From Balanoglossus misakiensis (taxonomy: Eukaryota; Animalia; Hemichordata), in contig CM082595.2 of the NCBI GenBank assembly GCA_040954595.2, positions 3,209,943 to 3,273,942 on the forward strand: a DNA stretch of 64,000 nucleotides. The letters run 5' to 3'. Positions within the stretch are counted from its first letter, which is position 1; every line of letters begins with the position of its first letter. The position numbers were made by a program, and so were the translations under genes. Below are positions 40,857-57,612 of this stretch, in pieces. The notes under the pieces are model-generated. The model was not told the DNA's origin and searched no databases. It saw only the letters and a program-made list of their open reading frames with translations.

Positions 40857-41603
40857 TCCGTAACACCCAATCAAAGTAAACGGAGAAGATCACGTGAGCG
40901 GAGTAATCCAGTTTGTCGAATTTACATACACCTTTTCCGAACCTTTTGTATTTATAGATTATGAGAGTATATAATTTTTTAAATTTCCGGTCCTAACTTA
41001 AGATAAATTGCCAAATTAAGCAATTTTAACAAATTTGATCGTGTAAGATAGATTGAGATGGGGAAAAATAATGTATAGCGCCAATATTTCCAAGAAGTCA
41101 AAAGTAAAACTATTTGAATAAGACATCTAACTGCAGATTATGAAGTACAAGTCTTGTAGAAATATGTAATTACAAGTATGTGAATAGTGTTCTGTACATT
41201 TTGCTTAAGTTCTAATGTAAATTAAAAACAAAAATCATGTTTTAAATCCGTGAAGATGTAGAATGACGAGACGTTACCATTCAAGTCGAGAGTACACCGC
41301 TTCAAGTTTCAATTGACGAGAATTCGAGTGGGTAGTGGTTTTGATAGAACAGTTCCTAGTGCCAAACATTTGTACTTGATAGCAGGCACACTAGCGTAAA
41401 CGAACGTACAGTATATATGCGTATTACGATAGAATACCATGTCGTAATGTATACAGTGTAGGATACTTTGTATAATTGTTTCATATTGTGGGGCTGTATT
41501 GTAGCTGTTCATATTTTGGGATATCGTGTCTATAGGGAAACTTTGTATTTAAATGTCAATAGTGTAGTATAGTATACCTAACCGTGTAGTATAAGTGTCT
41601 ATA

Positions 41604-41699
41604 GTGTAGAATACTTCTGTGTATATGTGTAGAATACTTCTGTGTATATGTGTAGAATACTTCTGTGTATATGTGTAGAATACTTCTGTGTATATGTGT
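41604..41699. repeat. Minisatellite, 4 x 23 bp, in the probable chordin 3' UTR
   Basis: Unit gtgtagaatacttctgtgtatat; AATAAA near 41990. Confidence 0.92.
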
Positions 41700-42816
41700 C
41701 TATACTGTATATTTCTTTTGCATGAGTCAGTCTTGTAGAATAGACCAATGCAGTGGTGTCTATATAAACTTGAATAGACTGCGATTTATTCATTGCTGTG
41801 GAGTATGTAGTACATGTATACCTGTCTATAATGTAGAATATCGTTGATTTTAAAGTATCTGCAGTTTTGAATAGATTGCAAGTTTTCAATGCTATGTATT
41901 TAGGTCGATGATCACTTATCTGTTTTAGCTGTACAAATCTTGGTAAGGCTAGATGCCCCGAATCGACTGCTGTACGAGTTATTCCTGGAAATAAAACGTT
42001 TTTACAACCCAAGATCAGTATGAACTCTGTTTCTGATTATTACCCACCCCCTCGCCACCCCTATAGCGAGTATTGAGATCCTGACTAAGTGGAGTAACCG
42101 TGCAAAAACATATATCAGTCAACACGTAAGCAAAAATTGTATACACGTGATCATGATCTACTCAACGAGAATCCAATAATTTAATGACCATGTCAACTGG
42201 TGCAACTATTTACAGAAAACCACACCCTAAAAAATTGCCTTAATAGAAACAGAACGTATAATTTACAATACCTCTGTAACAAAATGGTATGTGTGTGTGT
42301 GTGGACAACATTAAAATATATACATGTATTTACGTTTACCTTTAAAAAGAACACCTGAGTTAACTTTACAGTACATTCAATTTTTTCAATGAAATGTCAC
42401 CGTTTACGAGAAAGAACAACGCAAATTTCCCCACTATCAACCCCTTTTTACGTTTAGTGGACTGCCTGAAACTCTAACTTACTATACATAATTATACATA
42501 TATCTCAAAAATCTCAGAAACTAGTGTCCTAAACCTTTGTCCCTGCATTTGCTGAAATAAACTAATGGTATAACATTTAACTTTTTTGAAAACGAAAATA
42601 CGAGTTACTTGAATCAGTACAAAACGTTTGGATGTGTAACATCCGGTTTTGATACATTTGGGCTCTTCTAGTATTCAGATGGTGCTGTGAATAAAAAAGA
42701 AAATATGGCAAAGAGTCAAGAAAATCGTTTCTCGCATATTTCGAATACATGCATTTAAATTAACTGGTATCCCGTCAAGTGACCATCTTTGAAATGAAGC
42801 ACCCTCGTAAATGTCA

Positions 42817-46183
<3,367 letters not shown>

Positions 46184-47499
46184 TTTGATTTCTGTATAAC
46201 TCGGGCAAGAAGATTAAAGTTGGTTAAAACACCAGGAATCCAACTTTGGACTATTTTCTCGGTACTTTTGTTTTGGGTAGTATCAACTATGGATTCTCGT
46301 TCTACTGTGTTAAACAATTGGCTTAAAGCGCACATTCTATATAGCGAACGGATTAACTTGATAAATATTTCACTGGGAAACAAACGCTTTCTGCCACATA
46401 AACATTCAATGTCAACTATACAGGAACTAATGCGAAAACCAGTGATTGAAAATTGCGCCTTTAATTTCCTTGGCAACCCAGTTTTTTCCCTAGAAATAAC
46501 GAATTGGTTTTCTCGGTCTCGCAGACTCAACTGGGACGAAACTACAAGATGAGGCGACAACTAAAATTCTTGTCGATACTCAGAAGAAAAACACTGAAAA
46601 AGTCAAACATTACAGACTGATGATGTCAATTTAATTTTGGAGAACAAGAAAACAAAATCTCACTCACCTTAATGTTATTCAGCCTAGCAAGTAAGATCAA
46701 TTACCGCAGGAACGACAGAACATCAGAGAGACGTAATCGGGCGCATCCGCAAAAATGAGCCAAACTGTCTCCAAAATCGCAGATCAACTGATGCCAAAAT
46801 ATACAGTGAAACTATGACAACGCATCAACAAACAATTATAAAAAACAGTCATTTTGTTTATAAGATAAAAGTTGGTACGATGATATCTAAGGTTAAGTTT
46901 TATTGGCTCTCGCGACAAAAGTCAATTACTTTAGACCAATCAAAACACGCTTCTTTTTAGCTTTCCTGTTGTCGTAGAATCACGCCGACCACGTGGCTCA
47001 AATCACCTGCAATTTACATTGGTAATCGTTGTCATAGAGACATGTCCCTTTGTAGATCATTGATTGGTTCTCATCGGTTCTTCCCGTTGTGGATATACCC
47101 TGAGATAATTATAGGGTTGTCTTTCTCGTTTTAATTGTATGATGGCGTGGTTTCTCGTTAAGAGCCCCGCGTTCGACTCTCACAAGGACATGCGAATTCA
47201 TTATGATGAGTTTGTCGCGTTAACAAGCGTGATCACGACACGTGGCTGTCACAGCGTGCGCGTCCTAATTGATTTGATGAGAAACCCCGCGTCCATTCAA
47301 ATAACCGCATCAGTAGCGCGCTCACCATGGTAATAAGTGCGATCACTATGACATGCAACCTGGGAGACCGTGTGATGTTGAGCTCAATACGTGCACGTAG
47401 AAACAGATATTTATTCTCGTTTGCTGCAGTAAAGTGTGTTTCAGTATCATCATGCAATGTTTGATGGTTTGCAACACTGCCCGACGGGCAACTCTACTC

Positions 47500-47501
<2 letters not shown>

Positions 47502-47588
<87 letters not shown>
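47502..47588. repeat. (GA)n microsatellite
   Basis: Direct reading. Confidence 0.97.
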
Positions 47589-47591
<3 letters not shown>

Positions 47592-49290
47592 CGACCGAAA
47601 ATAATGGAAATGATACCACTTTTAAACAAATTATCTACCAAAATACTAGTGCATTGTATCAATACAGACCCGTATTTGTTTAGATATTATAGATATTTTA
47701 TGTGCAAATGGCCTGATTATTGGGAAACTAAGGGTCATTCTTGTGTAGCATATCCCACCTTTAATTAAGGTGATCTCAGGCTACTTGACGTCGTCTCATG
47801 TCATCGGTGCAGGCTCGAGTAAACTGATTAGTATAGATGAGTCTTTCTTACACTCAAGGTAATTCACGCCGCTTTCATCCTTTGTTGTTTGATCACACGT
47901 CTCATTACCGTTTAATTGATTCGTGTCTTCGCAGTGGAAATTGCCACTTCCTTTTCACGCCATGTGAGATTTTGCAACCGATTCTGAATCAAACACAAGA
48001 TGACGACCGCCCAGGCTGGAAGCGTGTGCCATATCCAGGCTATCACAGAACAGCTGAAGCAATTACTCTTTCAGTGCTTCGCGTCTCGCTAAAATCAAAC
48101 CAGTTTTCGCCCCAAATTAGGCCAATTGTACGGCTCTAGCGGGTCGCGGTTTCCGGGCCAATTATTGGGTGAAACCCAGGCGGGTGTCCTGTCTCTTTTG
48201 CTTTAAAAACAAGTGGCCCAGCCGCCGCATCGTAATATCGGAAACGGAGACATCCGAACCATCGATCGACGGATCAGACCAGATTTCTTGAAATCTGTTT
48301 TCGAGTGCAAGGTAAGGGACGCGCGCGACACCCGAGGTAAGTATTGGTCAATTTTGTTAAACAAGGTTGAAGTTAGTGGAAACAATTTCTGTTTATAAGC
48401 CTATTGTCTAGATGTGATTATTTTACGACGAGAGCTCCAATATCAAACACGATAGTGCACAAAATGTTGAATAAGGCCTATAAAGCAATATAACGTTAAG
48501 TTTTAATAACGCCAGAGGAGGCACGGATTCCGAAGAAATAGACCGTATATATCTGGGCGCAATTTGCTGTGATAGTTGTCTTATTCTCCGTTCTTTTTCC
48601 CCGGAGAATAAGTTCACTATTGCACCACAGTGCTTCCAACATCATCGACAGGATTCGCGCGAAAGACGACGAGTTCGAGACGATGTGAATTCACTCCCAT
48701 GAGAGACCTGTTACATTGTTTCAAGCCAACACTACACTATACAAAGCTACCGAGGAAAGGTAGACCAAGACAGAAAGCTCAAGAAAAGAAAGTTTATCAC
48801 TTCTAACTTTTATTCACATTTCGGGTCGCTCGCCTATGTATCCAAGCACACACAGACGCACATTTGGCAAGCGAACACGTGGCCATGACCGCCACCAGTT
48901 TGGTGATGAGTGAGACGTTTAATCAGTCAGTGCTGAGATTAATGTGTTATTAATCTTTTAAGGGAGGGTCTTTTAAACTCGTTTCAATTTCATCTTTATG
49001 TCACTGTACATATCAGTGCAATCAACCAACCCCTTTTCCGGTTATCCCAGAATTCATACGCTCTTATACGTCATTATCAAAATGGCAGACGACATGCAAG
49101 TTTTGTCGTCTGCAGATTATTTAGACTTTTGCCAATCTACGGAGTTTTCGCGAAGTTCAGTGTATCAGTGTGGTAGGAGAAAAAGGTAGAGTTGATTTGT
49201 GGTTCATAGGAACATTACCGGATTTCTACGCGCTGGATTTTACATATTTTAAAGTGTTATGTTAGGCCAGGAGGTGAAGACTATGGTACG

Positions 49291-49399
49291 CTAGCTGTGG
49301 GTCCATATATATGTTGTGTTTTCAGACGGGATTTTCTAGCTTTTTAAGCTGATTTTGAGTCATCGTCTGAAAACACCACAGCTATGGATCCACAGCTAG
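49291..49399. repeat. Imperfect inverted repeat (about 36-bp arms, 35-nt spacer)
   Basis: ctagctgtgggtccatatatatgttgtgttttcagacg vs cgtctgaaaacaccacagctatggatccacagctag. Confidence 0.8.
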
Positions 49400-50757
49400 T
49401 GTGTTTCGCGAGGAATTCTCCGAAGCACGGTCATTTTGTGGAGTGACCGTGTACGCGTGTCCCAAGCTTTGATGAACTGACGTTGGGGTGTAACTATGGG
49501 CAACGGACATTCGCCCTCTCCCCCTCCCCTTTCCATCGAACACATAAACTGACTTTATTTGGATTCTGTGTTGACATTTTTCAAGTTTGGACAAAGACTA
49601 TCCTTGCTTACGAGTCTCTGGAGGCCAACGGAATTTGTTGTGATGCGGGACAATGAACCTTATGATGCAGGACATTTTGACATTTTTGACTTTGAGTATA
49701 AGTTATAACCTTTGCGCGCACGAAGAGGAATGTGTTAACGCTCAACAGGATGGACAGGACAGCCCAAAAGATGTCGATGTACCGCAAGGTAAGCCATGGC
49801 CTTTTAGATGGCTAAGATGGCAAACCCACAAAAATTGTATTTGTAGTTGGTAATCCACCAGTACGTAGTGTGGTAGTGCATGTAGTGATAGTGACGTTGT
49901 GTTCTGTTTATGTGTGAGAGTGTTTTGAGACCTGTTTCCGGTCGACTTGTATGTTCCTTTCGTTTGTGAAAACTGAAGAACTGATTTGACCAGCACCAAC
50001 CTAGCTTCGCCCAAAGCCACCAGTACTACATGGTGAGTAAATATTACTGTGGCACACAAGGCAGCGTGGAATCGGTAAGGTAAGAATTTTTCGACCAACC
50101 ACAGTCCCTCTTTCACCCGCCCAACACACCCCTAACTGAAAATGCGCGCCCCCTTCCCTTTACTTCGCTTGATTGGTTGGCATGGCATGACGCGAATGCG
50201 GACGTACTTCGGTAATGCGTACATAGATAGATATATAGATAGATACATACATAGATACATACATAGATAGATACATTCACACAGTGATACAATTACATTC
50301 AGGCTGCTGATAGATGATTTATTTCAAGAAAAGATGAAAAGAAATCGTCAGGTACTGACATATTATAATGGATTTATCAATGGAAATGGGAATGTTGATT
50401 CGATTCACGTCATTTGCTGGTTGCTACTCCGCGAGATGTGCCCCCTCCGTCTACTGGAAGCCTGTATTGGTGATAAAATATGAAAAGAACGCAACTTATC
50501 AAGAGATCATGTATGGAAAAAACGATGTTAACAGTACAAGGTAGTGTGGGTGATACATGGATACATGTACTTTGTGTAAAAGTTCATGACTCATATGTGT
50601 CAACTTTGTGCCTGCTACATTTGGTCATACATTATTCTGGGCTGACAGAAGAACGCCAAAGTAAAACGTCAAGTGACGTTTGCCAATTATGGGATGAAGA
50701 TTATTTCTTTCCAACGTGAAGTAATTTCACACTTGAAATATGAAACATGAAATAAAA

Positions 50758-52735
50758 TCATGATGACACACCTGGTTTTTCGCAGATGTACCAGGAGTCC
50801 GGAAAGTCATACCAGTCAAAAGGGCGGTCGTTCCACTTATAGTTAGAATGGTCACTGCTTCTCAATTCGATTTCACCACAGACTGAAACGCTCCCATTGT
50901 CATGATTGTTGGGCTCACCAGGTTGCCATGGCATAAAACTTTCATCCACAGCTGTTCCATCTGACCATGTGTAGCCCTCACCAGGCTATAGTATAATATA
51001 GTATAATTGTTATGTGACATATAATAAGTATAAAGTGAAGTGTGTCTATTGAGCCACAGTTAATGCTAACTGTAGCCCTGCGTACAGGTCTGCGTGTCTC
51101 CACCACCGTGTAACGCCAGGAACACATAGATATATTCGCACATAGACATTCACACAGACCTTTATGATTTTTGTCAAACCCATAGCATTCATTATCATGT
51201 AACAAGTCGTAACCTGTCACTTACTGAACATACTCATACTCACCGTGAATAGCAACCCGATGAAAGGATTGCATTCGAATAGTGGCTTGCAGTTTGTCGT
51301 GTTGAGCTTCGAAACTTCCATAGACAGCCAAGAGTGTACGTCTTGTGTGTCTTTGGCTAAATGGCCCCCGTCACTTTGGCAACGATCTTCAGCTTCGTGC
51401 CACCTCAGTTTGTTGGTACCGAAATAATAACAGGTTGAAGCATGGTGTTTCCAGCCACTGGGACATTCGACCGCTTATGGAATATAAAAAGGGCGTGGTG
51501 TCAATTGTGTGTTGAGTGGGGTCAATAAGACTGCATTTTTGGAATCAGTGTAATTGTTTACACCCAATGGACTTCTCAAGCCTTCCTTACCAAAATTTCT
51601 GGTTAAACCCCGGTGCGGGGTATAAAAGACCCCCCAAATCAGTGGCGAATCTTAATGCCGTTTGACTGACAACAGACAACACCAACGATCTTGGCTCTAT
51701 GAAAATCGGCCCAAACAGGTCCAAGCATAAAGAATTACACCACACAACGACAGTAGTTGGCTTTATAAACACACACAACATAAAGTTATCGACGAAAAAG
51801 TACACGAGCTTATGAAACAACGATGATTTTGGGAGAAATCTGGTTTCAGTGCTTTTCAGAAGCGTCCCTGGGAAACAATAACCACGCCATTCAAACAGTT
51901 GTCAATCGCGTGGAAGTGTGAAGTGTTCAATTATTTTCTGTGTACATGAGAGCAATTACACAGTCATTATGCACGACGACCACTCCCAAATAAACAACTA
52001 TACAAACACACGTTAATCCGAACCCCAGGACTTTCCGCACCGGCCTTTAAAGGCACCTATCTCCTACTGTAACAGTAGGGAAACGACAGCATGTGTACCT
52101 TCCCCTTTGATGGAACACATTACTCATATTTTCAGAGTTACTCGCAAACTTGGAAATGTATCAAGTACATGGACAAAGCGTAGTACAGAGAAAAAGTCAT
52201 CAGCACGGAATCGTTTGGTCTTTTGCTGGAGTTTACCTTGAACTGTTGGCTGCAATGTCTTTGTAGCATTCTCTGCAGATACTGTATGTTCTTCATTCTC
52301 TGCAGATACTGTATGTTCTTCATTCTCTGCAGATACTGTATGTTCTTCATTCTCTGCAGATACTGTATGTTCTTGTGTGTAGTAAGACAAAACACTCACA
52401 GCGTTGGCTAAGCCACCTTTAAAATAATAACGCACATAGAATGTTTAAGTTATCCTCTGAACTGCAATTTATAGCCAGACTTTAGGGGTATTAATGACAT
52501 ATATTGCAGGTCATCCCGTATTGTAATATTAATTATGCATGGATGAGTAGGTGTCCAAACTGTTTCCTTCTAACCCAAGATAATAATCACTTCACACTAG
52601 TCGACAATATCTGCGGTTCACCTCATAAGAAAAAAATCAACATACCGAAAAACAGACCAGCTCCTACGAGGAATAATCCTGTAATTGCAATGAATATCCC
52701 GATGTACAATCTTCTTGATTTATTTTTCTTTGAAT
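50758..52735 (-). CDS. Type II transmembrane C-type lectin (5' end unresolved); exons approx. 52735-52646, 52416-52237, 51473-51244, 50985-50758
   Basis: Basic stretch then TM YIGIFIAITGLFLVGAGLFFG; stalk (EHTVSAENE)x4; CPSGWKHHASTCYYF, WHEAEDRCQSDGGHLA, FIGL, WSDG, WQPGEPNN, WND, YICEK. Confidence 0.82.
52267..52374. repeat. Coding minisatellite, 4 x 27 bp
   Basis: Perfect unit cattctctgcagatactgtatgttctt. Confidence 0.95.
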
Positions 52736-53681
52736 CTGTCTAAAGAATTGAATCAAAATTACTGTATCTCTTCACATCTGTGTCTCTCTGTGGCATCGTA
52801 ATCGTTTACCACATTTGTGAGTATTGGCATATGTGAACGTACTTTTATTAACAGCATATACAGACGCAGAGATGAGTCGCAATGCTTACCTCAATTTTCG
52901 TCAATTCTGTCGGGGGGTTACATATTTTAGACGAAGCGTTCAATATTTATCGTTTCTAAAAATCCATAGTCTCACTTACCTTATCCCTAAATGGTGCTAC
53001 TTTGTTGTTTTTCATCTTGGAGGTAAAATAAATTGGGTTTCGTCCCTCTCCTTGCTGTCACAGTGCTTCACTGTCGAGGAGCTTTTCTGACTTTCCGAAA
53101 TCAGACGCAACACATTTTAAACAGCAAAGACTTAAAAAGTTTGGAGGGCTATCTTGAACTTTCTTTTCTGAAAATCTGTAACCGTCGGCCATACCCCCTT
53201 GAACACAGGTCAATAAATGTGGACAGCAACACGTAGCCAAGCAACACAAATTAGGTTTAAGAATTGGATAAAACGGTCATTTATTCAGGTAAATGTACTT
53301 TAATGGGAACGCTATTCACTATTTTAAAAAGTACACAGCCCAGTGTGTCGGGTTTCAACTGAGACTACTTGGGTTCAAAAGGGTGTTAAGAAATTGCCAC
53401 AGGTCTCCCTATTCACCTACTCAAGTTGCTTGCTTCAGGACCCTCCAATGTTCTTATATTAGCGAGTCGCATTATCTCGAAGTTGGCAATTGAAATGTTC
53501 ACACACTTTCTTATCCCCTCCCCAAGAAAAAATAGAGTATATAGCCAGACCTTCTGCCAAACAGAAAATATACATGGTAGCGTCATTTCCATTATTTTAT
53601 TTTCAAACTATTGACAATGATTGGCCTGAGCGAGATATGAGAAAAAGTTCAGGACTGATTTTCGAGATGCTGTACTGTATT

Positions 53682-54796
53682 CTAGCTCTCTTTATTTACA
53701 CTATCGTAAGTTGCTTTTACAAGGTCTATGTAACGTTTATCATCCCCCATCGCAAACGGTGACAACTTAGTTGTGACATATGCAAATGATAGAGTCTTCT
53801 GATGGTCGAAAAAGGCACCCTGTCCGCCATATCCATTGTGACCATAAACATTCTCCAGGTTTACCTGGTAAAAGAAAATAATTTTAATTAAATCATAAAT
53901 GCAGAAAAGACACATTGCCAAATATATTCTGAATAAAATCCCATTTTAGATTTCACTGTACCTCTGGTATGACATTGAAATGAGGATGAAATCCCAGGCA
54001 CCACTGTGTGTTGGTCATCATTACAAGGTCTAGTTTCTCATCCCTGCGGCCGGTCATGATTTTCTCGATGGTCTCCGGTGACAACAATCGTCTTCCCTCA
54101 AATTCACCACCGTTAGCCAATATGGCGTACAGCTTGGCAAGACCCCTGGCGGTTCCTATTCCGTTCACGGATGGGATTTCGCTGCCACGGAATTCTATCG
54201 TTCCCATCTTTGGAAACTAATAAAAACAAAGAAGAGGTAATCCAGCAATCTATCTAGCAAACTTGTTACCTCATATAGCTGCCATAATTATATGAAATGT
54301 TAAACGAGTAACACACCCATTTATTCAACTGCCCATTGCGAAAGTGAACAACTATAGTAGTATGTGAACATGGGTATTAAAATCCCCACAAAGTCAAAGT
54401 AGTGTCATCAGTCGACTAAGTGAATATCACAGAATATGTATAAGTGTCTCAATCCCAAATCAATTTAGCTCAAATGGAAGTTGTTGGAATGTTGTCTTCT
54501 TGCTAAAGTATCATTTGTGAAATTGTGTAGATCTCACTTACAGTAGTAATCTGACTGTTATTCTGGAAAACCTTGGACGGCAGACTCTTCTTATCAAACA
54601 TGGCCAGCATGAAGCTTCTGTATCTTGAACTGAGTAACATTCTCAGCATACTGTAGAATGGGGCAGGTGGTACAAGACTGGCAACGCGGTGATTCTCTTC
54701 CGTGGGAATTCCCATATGGAAGTCTATATCTGTGAAAATATTACACAGATGTCTAAGGGAGTAAGTAGTGATTGGAGATGACAATCAAAACAACCA

Positions 54797-54861
<65 letters not shown>

Positions 54862-56246
54862 ACAATAATAATACAGTGCAGAAGTTACCGAATGGTTTGG
54901 CAATTTCTTCCCGAAAGAAAGCACCCATAGTCCTATGTTGTGGATCCACACGCTGTATGAGTTGACTCAGAATGAATCCGAAATTAAGAGAGTGATAACC
55001 GTGAGCTGTGCCGGGTTCCCACATCACCTCAGAAGCAGCTACTATTCGGCCGACAGCCTTGTGGTCAGCCAGGGTCTCAAAATCAATGGGGTCTGGAGTC
55101 ATTGGAACACCAGCCTGAAAAAGTGAACATGTAGAACATGGTTCAGTCCAAACCCATTGTTTTCTATGGTAAGGTTGGACCGCTAAAGAGGGAACTGGGG
55201 GTGAAAGGGTTAATATCAATTGAAAGGGGTCTCACTCCAGTGCATGTCAAATTCTCCTTTAATAATCTTACCTCATGATTTAATACTTGTCTCACAGTGA
55301 TTTCCTCCTTTCCATTCTGTGCGAACTCTGGCCAATAGTGGGCCACTTTCTGGTCGTAGTCTAAATACCCCCGGTCCACTGCAACAGCAATGCAGAGTGC
55401 TGACACCCCTTTGGTTGCCGAGAACAATGTCGTCATGGTGTCTTGTTGCCATGGTTCCTCTGGGTTGATGGATGCGTAGCCACCCCACAAGTCAACCACT
55501 TTCTTGCCTTTGTAGTAAACAGTGAAGGCTGAGCCTGCTTCTAAGCCCTGCTCATGAAGTTGACTGCAACATACCCAAGAAAATTACAAAATGTACATCT
55601 TTAGTATCACGCAAAACCATTTAGTCCCGTAACAGGTAAAAACAAAAAAATATTTTAACCTGTATGTGGGGGCGCTTTAACAATGCGAGTGGTCTTGTCT
55701 ATTTCGAGACCAAAGTTGACCCTTGTGTACAAACAACTATTACGATGACCATTACTATGATGGTTTTGTCCAGTGTCGTCGAGAAATGATATCCCAGGAC
55801 ACGAAAACGACCACGGGTCATGGATAATAATACTGTGCTAGTCCGACTACGTCCGGTTGAAATATCAACAACGTAAACAGGGTTGTACAGTGTACTCCTT
55901 AGGCGCAGGGTCAGTGCCGTGGGGTACGATGGACGTATGCGAAGAAGGAATACCACAGAATTCGAGGTCTGGGGAGCTTATTACCATGCCAGTTCGATGT
56001 GGCATCTTGATCAATCGAAGACACTGACCCAGATCTGTCTAAAGCATGCTCAATTACCACAATGACACTATGATGCACGACTCTTTGTCTATTACTCTGA
56101 TCGCCTCACCTGAAAACTCGAACGACTTCCTCAAAGGCCGGCTCGGCGTGACCATCGATTCTAACCCGCTTTTGCTGTTTCACCAAGTACATAAAAGTGG
56201 CAAATACTGCCACGAAGACAACGGCTATCAATATGTTGCCCCACAT
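53682..56246 (-). CDS. Beta-lactamase domain-containing serine hydrolase (lact-2 / family VIII esterase-like), 6 coding exons, N-terminal signal or anchor
   Basis: MWGNILIAVVFVAVFATFMYLV; VVDLWGGYA; catalytic SxxK FSATKG; VAHYWPEFAQNGKEEITVRQVLNHEAG; WEPGTAHGYHSLNFG; GTARGLAKLY; YGHNGYGGQ. Confidence 0.92.
54797..54860. repeat. (CAT)n microsatellite
   Basis: Direct reading. Confidence 0.95.
55139..55213. repeat. Copy of the short interspersed repeat seen at 321-395
   Basis: Only a few mismatches over 75 bp; intronic. Confidence 0.8.
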
Positions 56247-57072
56247 GCTGGACTGCAAAGCGATCGATTTCACTGTTGACCACTTCCGCGTCCCATGTGG
56301 TTATGTTTGGCAGAACAACATTGTTTGGTCGTTGAGGGCGGGCGTTATGTCCCCAGAAGAGAAAGTTCGGCCGAAAGAATTGTAACCAAGCACGGTCACT
56401 CCGACCGTGAATCAAGTGATCGATTTTTTCTTTTGGCCAAAACATAAATACACACAAAACAACGAGTGCGTTTGTCCATGCGTTTATTACCTTTTAATGG
56501 GAACACTATTCACTAAGGTGACTCTAGTACGTGAATGGTGTGTTGCCCAACTGGACACTTCAAATAAATCCACTTAATATTTTAAATGCTGTAGTTTGCA
56601 ATACACAGAAATTGTTGAAACTACCAAAAGTACAGTTCGTATCAGCCCCTTTAATATGATATGTACATTGTACTGTTCAGAAAAGAAAATCGCGACTTTT
56701 TATACAAAGTCAGTGTACTAGGTTATACATGTATAGATATAATGTACATGTTTGTCTATAGCACGAGGCTTTGCATATAATACATGTATTATTATAAAGC
56801 TTATGTTTTATCATAGCTGTGTAAATACTATTTTGGTTACAGCCTATTTCTGGTGTAAATATCTCTAATATACGAGCAAGCGCTAGTCTGGTTAAACGGG
56901 CAGTAAAACTTCGTCGATTCCACGGCGAGAACAGATGGAAGTGTGTATTGTACACCAGGTGGTAAGCGTTCAGGCTATAATATTATACCACGACGAACTG
57001 TCTCTGATGTGTATCTCTTGTGTTGGGAAAACACGATTTGTTGAGTTACTCAGATGCGAATGATTCTGATCT

Positions 57073-57612
57073 TCAGTGATCCGCATCAGTAGTCCCATAA
57101 TGCTGTTCGGGATCATCGCTTTGCATCAGCCGGCGGCTGGCCTCGTAATTTTCTTCGGGTGTTGGATTTTTTAAGCGGGGCGAGGAGCGGCCGTTGTTTG
57201 AGCTTCGCCGGCAGTTCTCGATCGTCGACCACGTCAGGAGGACAGCCATGATGACCCCGCCGACGCCGAGAAAGACCAGCCCGACCATGATGCTGATGTT
57301 CGCCCCTCTCGCGAGGGTCGCGTAGTACGTTTCGATCTGCTCGTACTGGCGAGCGGGCGTGGTGTCCGGGTTGGAGCTGGTGTGTCGGGGAAGCAAGTAA
57401 CCGACGATGATCGCGATCACCCCGACAACCAAGAAAGCCATTGCAATCATCCCAAGAATATCGGTCCTCTTTTTGCATGCCGTGGGATGAGTCAGTACAC
57501 TGTCGATCTTCGCGCAAAGGCAGCCCTGGTCTGCGTCGTCATCCGGTACCATATCCTCGTCCAATTCGAGAGTTTCGTATTCTCCACCATGGTTGGCGCT
57601 GTTGCGGCTCAT
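57073..57612 (-). CDS. TMEM74: TMEM74/TMEM74B-like two-TM protein (neurensin domain family), single coding exon, 179 aa
   Basis: Two TM helices flanking LPRHTSSNPDTTPARQYEQIETYYATL, which resembles the TMEM74B loop as I recall it ([26 protein letters not shown]). Confidence 0.75.
   Translation of the reverse strand: MSRNSANHGGEYETLELDEDMVPDDDADQGCLCAKIDSVLTHPTACKKRTDILGMIAMAFLVVGVIAIIVGYLLPRHTSSNPDTTPARQYEQIETYYATLARGANISIMVGLVFLGVGGVIMAVLLTWSTIENCRRSSNNGRSSPRLKNPTPEENYEASRRLMQSDDPEQHYGTTDADH

Noticed and set aside
47140-47190. Pol III A/B box-like pair (TGGCGTGG...GTTCGACTC)
   Set aside because: Spacing too short and no cloverleaf
52138-52395. (NIQYLQRMK)n neuropeptide-like reading of the 27-bp repeat
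   Set aside because: Splice phase into the CTLD exon requires the EHTVSAENE frame; no dibasic sites or signal peptide
55699-56065. Short ORFs in intron 1 of the beta-lactamase-like gene
   Set aside because: No recognisable motifs or consistent splice structure
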